DNA of 64,000 nt from Prevotella sp. (GCA_031285625.1 JAITVV010000056.1:1-64000), one strand, 5' to 3'. Shown: positions 1-10,162, numbered from the stretch's first letter. The notes: a model not told the origin generated them from the sequence alone. Numbers and translations: made by a program.

Positions 1-272
1 TACATTCCAAATATTTTATCGAAATAATTTAACCGACTTTTTTATAAAACAACAACAAATACAACTAAACTCCTTATTTAAAACACATTGGAAAATATCA
101 GAAATTTAATATAAACTGAATAATTTAATCATCATCCTAATATAATTATAAAATGAAATGCCTGAAAATAAAAAATAGTATTGTATTATATGTTTTATAT
201 TATAAGAATAGATCGTCACACTCATATAAAATTCACTACTTTTACACAAAATATCACATAAAGACCCAATTT

Positions 273-2330
273 ATGATCTATAACCAGTTGATAAACCCAA
301 AAAGTATTGTAGTAGTAGGCGCATCTGATAACATTTTGAAACCTGGAGGTAGTGTTTTACATAATATTATAAGTGGAACATTCGACAAGGAATTGTATGT
401 TGTAAACTCAAGAGGTGGCACCATACAAGGAGTAAAAGCATATGAGAGTATCGAGAAAATTCCTCAAACCGATCTGGCCATAATTTCTATTCCTGCCAAT
501 CAATGTTTACCAACAGTGGATTATCTGGCAAACAACAAAGGAGTCAAGGCTTTCATCGTTTTCTCTGCAGGGTTTAGCGAGGAGTCTGAAGAAGGAGCGA
601 TAAGGGAAAAGGAACTTGTAGAAATAGTAAATAAGGCTGGGTCAGTTATGATCGGACCTAACTGTTCAGGATTTTTTAATACAAAGCATCAAAGTATTTT
701 TACTCGCCCTGTTCCTAATCTCGATCCTCATGGAGTAGATATTATTTCAAGTTCGGGGGGTACTATCACATACATCATAGAATCCGCTATGCGCATCGGC
801 CTCCGCTTCAATTCGGCATGGTCAATCGGGAATGCTGCTCAAGTAGGAATAGAAGATATACTAGAATATTTAGATAATGAGTTCGATCCTGAAAATAGTC
901 CTAAAATCAAACTCCTATATTTAGAAAAAATCGCCGATCCTGACAGATTCTTACAACACTCATCATCATTAATCAACAAAGGGTGTAAAATAGCTGCGAT
1001 AAAATCGGGAAGTTCCTCATCCGGAAGCCGCGCTGCTTCATCTCATACAGGAGCCATAGCTAGTTCGGACTCGGCAGTAGAAGCCTTGTTTCGTAAGGCT
1101 GGCATCATACGTTGTTATTCGCGCGAGGAGTTGGCTAATGTTGCTGCGGTATTAACTCTAAAGAAATTAAATGGACGTAACCTAGCTATCATTACTCAGG
1201 CCGGAGGACCTGCTGTAATACTTACAGATGCTTTGTCAAAGGGGAATATTGATGTCCCTGAAATGAATAAAGAACTGGCAACAGAACTAAAAAAGCATCT
1301 TCTTCCGGGCGCTGCTGTATCAAACCCGATCGATATAATCGGAACAGGAACAGGAGAACATATGGCTATATGTATCGATTTTTGCGAGAAGTACTTTAAA
1401 GAAATTGACGGTATTGCTGTTATATATGGTAATCCGGGTGTAAGCAATGTTGCAGAAGCCTACGAAATTCTGGATCAAAAGATCAAAAGCTGTAAACTAC
1501 CCATTTATCCTATATTACCGTCAGTTATAGCTGCAATGCAGGAGATGGATAACTTTGTAAAAAGAGGACATGTGAATTTTACTGACGAGTATGCTTTAGC
1601 AAACGCACTATCAAAAGTAGTATCATGGACTCCGCCTTCGGTAGGTAAAATTGAGGATGTACCGGTGGATATTCCACGTATACGTTCTATTATAGATAAA
1701 GCTCCGAATGGATATGTAGACAGCAACATTGTAAAACAACTATTTGATGCAGCCGGTATTCCACAGGTGGAGGAATTAGTCAGTGCCGGCAAAGAAGAAA
1801 TTATAGCTTTTGCTGAAAGAATAGGATTCCCGGTAGTAGCAAAATGCGTAGGACCTGTCCACAAATCAGACGTAGGAGGTGTAGTATTGAATATACATTC
1901 TGCAAATCACTTAGCGCTTGAGTTTGATCGGTTAATGAAAATACCTGAGACTACCTCTGTTATGATACAACCAATGCTTTCGGGACAAGAACTTTTTATC
2001 GGTGCTAAATATGAACCTACCTACGGACACATTGTATTGTGCGGGCTGGGAGGCATTTTTGTAGAGATATTAAAAGATGTAGCATCAGGACTTGCACCAT
2101 TAAGTTTCCATGAAGCATCATCGATGGTACAATCGCTTAAGGCATATAAAATAATCAAGGGCACACGAGGGCAGAAAGGGCTGAATGAACAACTATTTGT
2201 GGAAATAATTGTCAGATTATCTGTCATGCTGAGATTTACTCCCGAGATAAAAGAGATGGATATTAATCCTCTCTTAGCCAATGAAGAAAAGGTAATAGCT
2301 GTAGATGCCAGAATAAGAGTAGAAAAATAA
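273..2330 (+). CDS. Acetate/acyl-CoA ligase (ADP-forming) family protein, alpha-beta fusion
   Basis: CoA-binding start (LINPKSIVVVGAS), SHTG phospho-His motif, C-terminal ATP-grasp (GFPVVAK..HKSDVGGV, EMDINPL). ATG at 273 preferred over the ORF-track start at 153. Confidence 0.9.
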   Translation: MIYNQLINPKSIVVVGASDNILKPGGSVLHNIISGTFDKELYVVNSRGGTIQGVKAYESIEKIPQTDLAIISIPANQCLPTVDYLANNKGVKAFIVFSAGFSEESEEGAIREKELVEIVNKAGSVMIGPNCSGFFNTKHQSIFTRPVPNLDPHGVDIISSSGGTITYIIESAMRIGLRFNSAWSIGNAAQVGIEDILEYLDNEFDPENSPKIKLLYLEKIADPDRFLQHSSSLINKGCKIAAIKSGSSSSGSRAASSHTGAIASSDSAVEALFRKAGIIRCYSREELANVAAVLTLKKLNGRNLAIITQAGGPAVILTDALSKGNIDVPEMNKELATELKKHLLPGAAVSNPIDIIGTGTGEHMAICIDFCEKYFKEIDGIAVIYGNPGVSNVAEAYEILDQKIKSCKLPIYPILPSVIAAMQEMDNFVKRGHVNFTDEYALANALSKVVSWTPPSVGKIEDVPVDIPRIRSIIDKAPNGYVDSNIVKQLFDAAGIPQVEELVSAGKEEIIAFAERIGFPVVAKCVGPVHKSDVGGVVLNIHSANHLALEFDRLMKIPETTSVMIQPMLSGQELFIGAKYEPTYGHIVLCGLGGIFVEILKDVASGLAPLSFHEASSMVQSLKAYKIIKGTRGQKGLNEQLFVEIIVRLSVMLRFTPEIKEMDINPLLANEEKVIAVDARIRVEK

Positions 2331-2359
2331 GAAAAGCCGGTATCGAATACCGGCTTTTC
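2331..2359. terminator. Bidirectional intrinsic terminator
   Basis: GAAAAGCCGGTAT-CGA-ATACCGGCTTTTC between convergent genes. Confidence 0.85.
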
Positions 2360-2361
2360 AT

Positions 2362-3645
2362 TTATTTATGGAAAATCAGTTCTGTGGATAATTTCATATA
2401 ATATGGGACAAAAGCCAACACATGATCGCCTAGAGTCGGCCAGAATTTAACCTTACCTCCAATAGCATTTTGCTTGTCGGCAAAATCTTTAGCATTCGCA
2501 TAATACACAGAAATATCGTCGAGACCATGAGTCATTATAAATTTACAATCGTTTTTCCATGGTTCAACACTATTTTCTACCAAAATAGTATTTAAGTATT
2601 GCAGGGATGGGTCTATGTCCAGATCTTTAATAAATCTTTCAGTATATAAATCTGAGATTTTATGGGGAAATTCTTCATTCAGATCACCACGGGTTCCATC
2701 AAACAATTCTTTGGATGTTGAAGCATAAGGCTCCTTCATAATAGAGTTTACATCCACAAACGGGTATTTATTCAATTTATATCCCCAAACTGCATATGGA
2801 AGGAAATATGTATGTACTGTTTCATCAGAAGCCCTAACGATATCCGCAATCATTTTTAGATTACAAGGAGTACCACCCGTAAAGAGAAGATTAACTTTAT
2901 ATCCATGTGATGTATTTGTTTCAAGCTCTCTCGCCAAAGCAGCAGCAACAAATCCACCCTGTGAATATCCGGAAATAACCAATTCTTTTTTATATCTGTA
3001 TCCATTTGCAGATAGAACATTTCTAGCAGCACCCAACAGGTCAATAGTCGACTCAACCAGTGCCTTAGAATCAAGATAAGGATGGAAACACTCTCCATAT
3101 GAATCTCCAAATCCCGGATAATCCGGCATAAGAACTACATATCCCCTTTTAGCCTGCAACGTCCAAAAATAATTAATATTAATATCACCATTAGAAACTA
3201 ATGATATGTTCTTGAAAGCATTGCTTGGTGCAGCATTATTAGCAGTATAAGTTCCCGGAGTAGCTACAATAATCCTGAAAGTGCTAAGGCTGGTAAATAT
3301 AGTCCGCTTAGGAACTAATAAAACTCCTGAAGTATTAATATAAGTACCATTACCCGATGGATGTGGAGTTTTGCATGAAACTTTTATGGCCTTAACTAAA
3401 GGGTCATTCAAAAAAATACCCTTTGTTTGAGGTACAGAATCTTCAGCTAATTCAGGAAGTTCAATACCGGAATTTAATAAATGTTGCTCCATTATTTCCA
3501 GATCGGAAATATCAAAGGTTGTCAACACGCCTTCTTCTAAAGGATCATCATCTACATTTGCAACCGAGTCGAATTCATCATTTTGACAAGAATAAAAAAA
3601 CACAAAGAATAGAACTAGAAATAAGTTTAATGTTCTCTTTTTCAT
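2362..3645 (-). CDS. Lipoprotein alpha/beta hydrolase (secretory lipase-like)
   Basis: Lipobox FYSC followed by an acidic tract; PDYPGFG, nucleophile elbow GYSQGG, HGLDD and C-terminal DH. Confidence 0.8.
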   Translation of the reverse strand: MKKRTLNLFLVLFFVFFYSCQNDEFDSVANVDDDPLEEGVLTTFDISDLEIMEQHLLNSGIELPELAEDSVPQTKGIFLNDPLVKAIKVSCKTPHPSGNGTYINTSGVLLVPKRTIFTSLSTFRIIVATPGTYTANNAAPSNAFKNISLVSNGDININYFWTLQAKRGYVVLMPDYPGFGDSYGECFHPYLDSKALVESTIDLLGAARNVLSANGYRYKKELVISGYSQGGFVAAALARELETNTSHGYKVNLLFTGGTPCNLKMIADIVRASDETVHTYFLPYAVWGYKLNKYPFVDVNSIMKEPYASTSKELFDGTRGDLNEEFPHKISDLYTERFIKDLDIDPSLQYLNTILVENSVEPWKNDCKFIMTHGLDDISVYYANAKDFADKQNAIGGKVKFWPTLGDHVLAFVPYYMKLSTELIFHK

Positions 3646-3874
3646 AACTTAATTGTAATTTTTGGTTAAGGTTTTGCCTATAAATAGATAAAATTACAAT
3701 TGTTAATTTACGCAAGACACTTAGTTAAGATTTAAATTAACCTTATATAATATAAAAATACTCTTATTAACATTATATAATATAACAGAACATTGATTGC
3801 AATAAGTAATTTTTTTATATTTTTGTACACAATTTAATAAAGATGGAAACATGAATATAGATAAAATATAAAAT

Positions 3875-3903
3875 AAAAGCCGGACCTGTTCTCGGCTTTT
3901 TTT
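3875..3903 (+). terminator. Terminator-like hairpin in the uracil permease leader (possible attenuator)
   Basis: AAAAGCCG..CGGCTTTTTTT between a TATTTTTG promoter motif (3818-3825) and the start codon. Confidence 0.55.
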
Positions 3904-3925
3904 ATGTTCTATATGACAAATATCA

Positions 3926-5245
3926 ATGCCAAAGATGAAAGACGAAAAGAAAATTGTATTAGCCATTAACGAGAAACCCAAACCTATACAATGGCTGTTG
4001 TTAAGTGTGCAACATCTATTTGCTATGTTTGGGGCAACAGTATTAGTACCCGCCTTAACAGGGATGAGCCCTGCTGTGGCTCTTATATCCAGCGGTATAG
4101 GAACATTAGCATTTATAGTTATTACCAAAGGTCGAGTACCATCTTATCTGGGTTCTTCCTTCGCCTTTATCAATCCGATTATAGCAGTTAAGGCTTTAGA
4201 ACTCGATCCTTCTTCGGGCGTAGGCATTGGGAGCTTCATGGTAGGTAGTTTTATGGTAGGGGTTACCTATTCACTGGTTGCACTCATCATTAACAAGGCT
4301 GGCACTAAATGGCTGATGAAATTACTTCCTCCTGTTGTAGTAGGGCCTGTAATAATGGTTATCGGATTGGGGCTAGCGGCTACTGCCGTGAATATGTCAA
4401 CTAATAATCCTGCAGGAGAATACGATCTCACTTATGTATTAATAGGGTTAGTTACTCTGACCATTACCATATTAACGGCTATTTTTACACGGGGTTTCTT
4501 AAGTGTTATCCCTGTATTGGTAGGTATTATTGGAGGATACGTTTTCTCTATCATTATGGGTGTAGTCGATCTACAACATGTAATAGAAGCAAACTGGATA
4601 GAAATACCTCCATTTATGGTCCCTTTTGTTGATTACACCCCATCATTTACATGGCGTGTCTTTCTTATGATGGTACCTGTTGCTATAGTTCCTATTGCTG
4701 AGCATATCGGGCACCAGTTGGTATTAAGCAAAGTAGTTGGAAAAGATCTTATAAAAGATCCGGGACTGGACCGTTCTATGTTTGGGGACGGAGTAGCAAC
4801 CATGCTGGCATCATTTATAGGAGGACCTCCTAATACAACATATGGAGAAAACATTGGTGTGTTAGCCATTACCCGTGCATTCAGTATATATGTGTTTGTT
4901 GGAGCGGCCATCTTTGCAATATTATTCGGGTTCTGTGGAAAAATAGCTGTACTACTTGCAACCATTCCTACTCCAGTGATGGGTGGTGTTTCAATCCTGC
5001 TATTTGGTATTATTGCATCAAGTGGCCTTCGCATGTTAGTTGAAAACAAAGTAGATTTCAGCCGTAAACGCAACCTCATCATATCTTCAGTAATCCTTGT
5101 AATTGGTATTGGAGGAGCAGCAATTCACATCGGTAAGGTATTTTCTCTGGAAGGGATGGCTTTAGCTTCAATCATAGGAGTAGTGCTCAATCAGGTATTA
5201 CCGGGAAAACAGGTAGTTGATTTTGACGAGATGTTTAAGGACTAA
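3926..5245 (+). CDS. uraA: Uracil permease, NCS2 family
   Basis: QHLFAMFGATVLVP, PSYLGSSFAF, EHIGH, PNTTYGENIGVL motifs; alternative start at 3935. Confidence 0.9.
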   Translation: MPKMKDEKKIVLAINEKPKPIQWLLLSVQHLFAMFGATVLVPALTGMSPAVALISSGIGTLAFIVITKGRVPSYLGSSFAFINPIIAVKALELDPSSGVGIGSFMVGSFMVGVTYSLVALIINKAGTKWLMKLLPPVVVGPVIMVIGLGLAATAVNMSTNNPAGEYDLTYVLIGLVTLTITILTAIFTRGFLSVIPVLVGIIGGYVFSIIMGVVDLQHVIEANWIEIPPFMVPFVDYTPSFTWRVFLMMVPVAIVPIAEHIGHQLVLSKVVGKDLIKDPGLDRSMFGDGVATMLASFIGGPPNTTYGENIGVLAITRAFSIYVFVGAAIFAILFGFCGKIAVLLATIPTPVMGGVSILLFGIIASSGLRMLVENKVDFSRKRNLIISSVILVIGIGGAAIHIGKVFSLEGMALASIIGVVLNQVLPGKQVVDFDEMFKD

Positions 5246-5250
5246 ATATC

Positions 5251-5523
5251 ATGGAGGAATCCGAAAACATATTTGATCAGGTCAGAGAATTCTTCACTCA
5301 CCATCCGCTTTATTTTGGCATATTTCTGGTCATTATTGGTATCGGATTACTCTTAACGGCAATCTATGACGGAGAATGGCTATTCGGGAATACAAGGTCG
5401 TATAACCTACAGAAAGTTGACGGATGGGTAAATTTCTTTGGTAGAAAAACAGCACGGATATTTGTCAGCATAATGGCTTTTGTCCTAATGGCTTCCGGTA
5501 TAATTTGGGCGATAATAGGATAA
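5251..5523 (+). CDS. Small membrane protein, Imm17-like immunity protein
   Basis: Two TM segments with DGEWLF and FFGRKTARI motifs resembling Imm17. Confidence 0.6.
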   Translation: MEESENIFDQVREFFTHHPLYFGIFLVIIGIGLLLTAIYDGEWLFGNTRSYNLQKVDGWVNFFGRKTARIFVSIMAFVLMASGIIWAIIG

Positions 5524-5537
5524 ACTGCAATCAAGCA

Positions 5538-6101
5538 TTACTTTGCCGGAGTAATCTTTATTACTTTTCCTATAATCTTACTTCTATGTATAGCGCCAAC
5601 CCAACGACTATCGTATGAGTTACTCCTGTTATCACCCATTATAAAGAAATAATCATCCGGTATTTTTATTGTTTCTGTTATATATTCCTCCCGTTCTATA
5701 TCAGGCCAATGGTAAATTAATATACTTTTTCCATTAGGAAATATTTCTTCATATAGATCATTATTTCTATCGGATTCTATCCATTTAGACTTTTGTTTTA
5801 GCCTATACCTATTTTCAATGCCATTGATAATGCAGAAATCATATTTAATTTTTATACTGTCCCCAGGCAATCCTACTATTCTGGATAGCACAATTTGTTC
5901 ATCTTCTATTTCATACTATATTTTTTGATAACAAGCGATTATATCACCATAGTCGAGATTTTTATTCTGCTTTTCTATTTTGACAACATCGTCAGGATTT
6001 AGGTTTGGACTCATTGAAGAGTCTGAGATTCGAAAATTATTCAAGCGAATATTACATGATAATAATGTAAGAAAAAAGATAGTGGTGATTATATATTTCA
6101 T
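5538..6101 (-). pseudogene. Signal peptidase I (S26)-like lipoprotein gene split by an in-frame TAG
   Basis: SSMSPNL, GDII, SRIVGLPGD and MGDNRSNSYDSR boxes lie in one frame, interrupted by TAG at 5916-5918; lipobox LLSC. Confidence 0.75.
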
Positions 6102-6400
6102 ATCAGAATTGTCATTTTGCAAACTGCATTTTCAAAACTGACCTCTTCCTCCTTAATAGATGATTCCTGATCCATTCTCATAACTCTTATAGTACCATTC
6201 TTAAAAGATCGATGTTTTATCCCCCATTCGAGTACACTATTCTTAGGAACATCTTGCAATGACAGGAAAATTGTACCTCCTTGTATTGGACTAGCGACTT
6301 CGCCTTTTTCATTGATTTCTTTATCAAAAGCATATGAGACTGCTTTCAATTCAAATTCTTCACTATCGACAATTAATTTTGTTTTGTAACCGTAAGGCAT
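6098..6400 (-). CDS. tssD: Bacteroidetes T6SS tube protein TssD (Hcp-like), probably C-terminally truncated
   Basis: SYAF..EINEKGEVAS..QGGTI, LEW, KNGTI, FENAVC pattern; ORF ends six residues after FENAVC. Confidence 0.7.
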   Translation of the reverse strand: MPYGYKTKLIVDSEEFELKAVSYAFDKEINEKGEVASPIQGGTIFLSLQDVPKNSVLEWGIKHRSFKNGTIRVMRMDQESSIKEEEVSFENAVCKMTILI

Positions 6401-6519
6401 AAGACGTTTGTTAAGTTTGTAAAATGTAAATTGTTAAGGTTTTATTACTATAGTAATAATAGATAAAGTTAATTTTTTTATATATAAGTCTGAAATTCTT
6501 AAAGCAGAAATTCAGATAT

Positions 6520-6548
6520 AAAAAAACAGATGCCCAATGAACATCTGT
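6520..6548 (-). terminator. Intrinsic terminator downstream of murF-alr
   Basis: ACAGATG..CATCTGT stem with adjacent A-run (U-tract on minus strand). Confidence 0.55.
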
Positions 6549-6573
6549 AATAATTAGTAATCGGCTGTTATTC

Positions 6574-9042
6574 CTACTCCTTATAATATATATGCTTCAC
6601 CCTATTCGAAATAGAAGTGAGAATTTCGTATGGAATTGTATCTATCTTTTTAGCTAAGTCTATCACAGGCAATTTCTCCCCGAAAATAGTAACCGAGTCG
6701 CCCTCTTTTACTTCTACACCGGTCACATCTATCATTGTCAGGTCCATGCATACATTACCAACAATAGGGACAACATTGCCATTTACCAAGACACACCCTA
6801 CTCCATTTCCAAACTGGCGGCTTATACCATCCGCATACCCGATACGTATGGTAGCAATAGTTGCATCTTTATCAAAATGTCCTTTACGTCCATAGCCGAC
6901 TGTTTCACCGGCCTTTATATGTTTTATTTGCAGGACTGTGGTCTTAAGAGTACATACATTACGAAGTCCTTCCAAACCACTGGCACTGACACCATACAAG
7001 CTGATTCCCAAACGAACCATATCCATTTGCTCTTCAGGGAATCGTTCGATACCTGCAGAGTTCAGTATATGCTTCATCACCGGATAATGGCAACTTTCTT
7101 CAACCTCTTTCGCTATCTTCTTAAATGTTTTTATCTGCTCTGTTGTAAAATCATCAAAATTCCAGCTTTCACTTGCTGCCAGATGCGAAAACACAGACTG
7201 AATACGCACCCCTGTTTGTCCTTTCACCCTTTCCATCAATGCAGGAATGTCTTCTTCTGTAAAGCCCAGACGGTGCATCCCTGTATCTATCTTGATATGT
7301 ATAGGATAGTTTGTTATCCCCTGCAATTTTGCCTCCTTGATAAAAGCATCGAGTATTCTGAAATTATACACCTCCGGTTCGAGCGAGTATGTTGCCAGTT
7401 CTTCAAAGCCACCTACTTCGGAATTTAAGACTATAATAGGAATCTTGATTCCCTGCTTACGCAAGAAAACACCTTCTTCGGCTACAGCTATAGCTAAATA
7501 ATCACACTTGTGATATTGCAATGTTTTGGCTACCTCTGAGGCACCTGTTCCGTATCCGTCAGCCTTTACCATACATATCAGTTTGGTTTTGGGTTTAAGC
7601 CTCGAACGATAGAACTTGAAGTTATGAACAATAGCATCCAGATCTATATCAAGAACTGTTTCGTGAGTCTTAACTTCCAGAAGCTTATTTATGCTCTCAA
7701 ACGAGAAACTCCGAGCACCCTTTAGTAAGATAAACATATCTTCGAAATTATGCCAGAGATCTGAATGTATAAAATCATTTGTCGTATTAAAGAAATACCC
7801 TTCGGTATCTTTAAACATTTCTTTATGCCCAGATATTTCTTTACCGATACCGATAAGAAGATCTATTTTCTTATTCAGCACCAAATTGGAAGCCAGATAA
7901 TATAATTCCTTCAGTACAAGCCCCGATTGGGGAATATCTGATATAATGAGTACTTTCTTTTTTGCACTATCAGTTGCTCTCTGAGCCAAGAAGTCCAGAG
8001 CTATATTCAAAGAGTTAATATCAGAATTGTAAGAATCATTTATCAGGATAGAGTTATTTTTTCCCTGGCGTACATCAAGACGCATTGCCACAGGCTCAAG
8101 AGTAGCCATACGTTCATTTATATCAGGCAACGACACATGCAGATAAATTGCTGTAGCCAGAACATGGATTGCATCTTCTATAGCAGCACTATCTGTAAAT
8201 GGGATTGTAAGCTTTGATACCATCCCCAGTATAGCATAATGAATCGTAGTAGACATATCATGCTTTTCTACCTTCATGATGTACAAAGGGCTTTTATTCG
8301 AACCCTTACGTGACCATGTAAGACGTTTATGCGACAGACAGGCTATCTCCATGCATTCGTCAATCAGTTCATTTTCTTCTTCACAAACAATGACATCACA
8401 ATTAATAAAAAGTTCAAGTTTTTCGAGGCATTTTTGCTTCATTGACTTAAAACCTTCCTGATGGGCCTGTCCTATATTGGTAAAGATGCCGATAGTCGGA
8501 CGTATGATAGCTTCCAATTTCGACATTTCTTCGGGCTGGGATATCCCGGCTTCAAATATGCCAAGCTGCGTATGGTCATTCATCTGCCAGACCGACAAAG
8601 GAACACCTATCTGAGAATTATAGCTGCGGGGAGAATGTGCTATATTAAAATCCTGATGAAGTATCTGATAGAGCCACTCTTTTACAACAGTCTTTCCATT
8701 ACTGCCTGTAATACCGATAACAGGGATATCATACTGGTGACGATGATAGGCAGCCACACGCTGTAAAGCCCACAGCGTATTAGTCACAACCAGAAAGTTG
8801 GCATCATATTCTTCCCATTCGGGCTGTAAAGATGTCACTACAAAATTGCGGACTCCCAATTCATATAATTCCGAAATATATTTATGCCCATCGTTATTCT
8901 TTGTAGATAATGCAAAAAATAATGTTTCGTCAGGAAAAAATACCTGCCGGCTATCAGTAAGCAAAATGCTTATCGAAGCTTCGTTAAGATCTGTAGGTAT
9001 TGCATCTAATATCTTAGCTATCTTATGTATAGAATACTTCAT
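6574..9042 (-). CDS. alr: Bifunctional MurF-like ligase / alanine racemase fusion
   Basis: GITGSNGKT P-loop, NDSYNS, MVKADGYG PLP lysine, HIKIDTGMHRLG, GYADG, CMD. Confidence 0.95.
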   Translation of the reverse strand: MKYSIHKIAKILDAIPTDLNEASISILLTDSRQVFFPDETLFFALSTKNNDGHKYISELYELGVRNFVVTSLQPEWEEYDANFLVVTNTLWALQRVAAYHRHQYDIPVIGITGSNGKTVVKEWLYQILHQDFNIAHSPRSYNSQIGVPLSVWQMNDHTQLGIFEAGISQPEEMSKLEAIIRPTIGIFTNIGQAHQEGFKSMKQKCLEKLELFINCDVIVCEEENELIDECMEIACLSHKRLTWSRKGSNKSPLYIMKVEKHDMSTTIHYAILGMVSKLTIPFTDSAAIEDAIHVLATAIYLHVSLPDINERMATLEPVAMRLDVRQGKNNSILINDSYNSDINSLNIALDFLAQRATDSAKKKVLIISDIPQSGLVLKELYYLASNLVLNKKIDLLIGIGKEISGHKEMFKDTEGYFFNTTNDFIHSDLWHNFEDMFILLKGARSFSFESINKLLEVKTHETVLDIDLDAIVHNFKFYRSRLKPKTKLICMVKADGYGTGASEVAKTLQYHKCDYLAIAVAEEGVFLRKQGIKIPIIVLNSEVGGFEELATYSLEPEVYNFRILDAFIKEAKLQGITNYPIHIKIDTGMHRLGFTEEDIPALMERVKGQTGVRIQSVFSHLAASESWNFDDFTTEQIKTFKKIAKEVEESCHYPVMKHILNSAGIERFPEEQMDMVRLGISLYGVSASGLEGLRNVCTLKTTVLQIKHIKAGETVGYGRKGHFDKDATIATIRIGYADGISRQFGNGVGCVLVNGNVVPIVGNVCMDLTMIDVTGVEVKEGDSVTIFGEKLPVIDLAKKIDTIPYEILTSISNRVKHIYYKE

Positions 9043-9057
9043 TTATTTCTCTGTTCT

Positions 9058-10038
9058 TTATGATCTATTCTCCAAATCTGAAATCTCGTTGCTACAACAA
9101 ATGTATGGATATTTATCATTGAATGCTTTTAGCTTTAACAAAGTTTGCCTTAAAAAAAGCTTATATTCATCACTATCGCTATTAATAGGTCTATGGTTCA
9201 AAGCCTGGTACAGCTTCCGCCATTCATCTATTACCGGATGGGCCTCCGGAGTAAAATAAGTCTCGGAAAACCGTTCCCATATATATTTGATTGCGACCTG
9301 ATTAGGATGAATCATATCTTCATTATAAAAACGATAATCGCGTAGCTCATCCAACACAATCTCATAAGAAGGGAAATAATGTAATCCTTCATACAGATGA
9401 ATTATCTGATCTATAGCAAGAAGTAAGGTAGATTTACTTAACTGGTTTTCATGAGTGCCGTCTTTCAGATGGCGGATCGGACTAACAGTAAAGATAATCT
9501 GAAGCATCGGATTTACTTCCCGTAATTCCTCAATCAGTTGTTTCCAATCATTTAGAATATCTTCAACATTTAGGCGATATCGGTCAAAGCAGGAAGAAGG
9601 TAACTTGTGGCAATTGCCTACTACCATATCTTGCTCTTTTGAGTAGAAAACATAGGCAGTACCAAAAGTAATAAATAAGATATCAGCTTTTCGGAGATAC
9701 TCTTCTGACCTGACTATCTCAGTATTGATATTTGCCAAACACTTGTCCTTATCTACATCCGAAAAAGCACCATGATGCCAAAAGCTATGATGCATTCCCT
9801 TATACTCAAACACATCTTTCTCTGTAAACTTTTTTTTATTGATAAGTATCCTCAAAGCCTGACTGATAGATTGCGGATTGTAAAGTATACCAAAAGGATT
9901 GAGATTTACATTAAATTTATTTTCGATTAAGAGTCTCCCTATATTTTCTATAAAGCAGGATCCCATCATCAATATCCGACTTTTATGGGAAATATATAGA
10001 TTCGATGGAGGTATATCTGTTTTTGTTCTAAAATCCAT
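9058..10038 (-). CDS. GSCFA-domain protein
   Basis: MGSCFIENI, NPFGILYNP, TVSPIRH, YFPSYE..DELRDYRFY..DMIHP. Confidence 0.9.
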   Translation of the reverse strand: MDFRTKTDIPPSNLYISHKSRILMMGSCFIENIGRLLIENKFNVNLNPFGILYNPQSISQALRILINKKKFTEKDVFEYKGMHHSFWHHGAFSDVDKDKCLANINTEIVRSEEYLRKADILFITFGTAYVFYSKEQDMVVGNCHKLPSSCFDRYRLNVEDILNDWKQLIEELREVNPMLQIIFTVSPIRHLKDGTHENQLSKSTLLLAIDQIIHLYEGLHYFPSYEIVLDELRDYRFYNEDMIHPNQVAIKYIWERFSETYFTPEAHPVIDEWRKLYQALNHRPINSDSDEYKLFLRQTLLKLKAFNDKYPYICCSNEISDLENRS

Positions 10039-10111
10039 TTATTTTCATTTTCAGTTAAAAAAGCAACAAGTACAATAAGATATAAAACTATAATTTATAA
10101 CACATTACAAT

Positions 10112-10162
10112 AAAAAAGTGACAAAAGTGACACATTTTTGATAGTTTATTCTTTGTTACCTT
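10112..10162 (-). repeat. Dispersed ~50-bp imperfect palindromic element, copy A
   Basis: Reverse complement reads GTAACAAAG-N17-GTGTCACTTTTGTCACTTTTT; matches copies at 33027 and 52207. Confidence 0.7.

Noticed and set aside
153-272. N-terminal 40 aa of the ORF-track acyl-CoA ligase
   Set aside because: AT-rich upstream readthrough; family similarity begins at the ATG at 273.
5916-5918. Pyrrolysine or recoded TAG
   Set aside because: No pyl genes are visible, TAG ends several normal genes here (e.g. 6574, 36408, 38324), and the locus looks decayed.
6574-9042. MurF-alanine racemase fusion as a novelty
   Set aside because: Well-known Bacteroidetes architecture.
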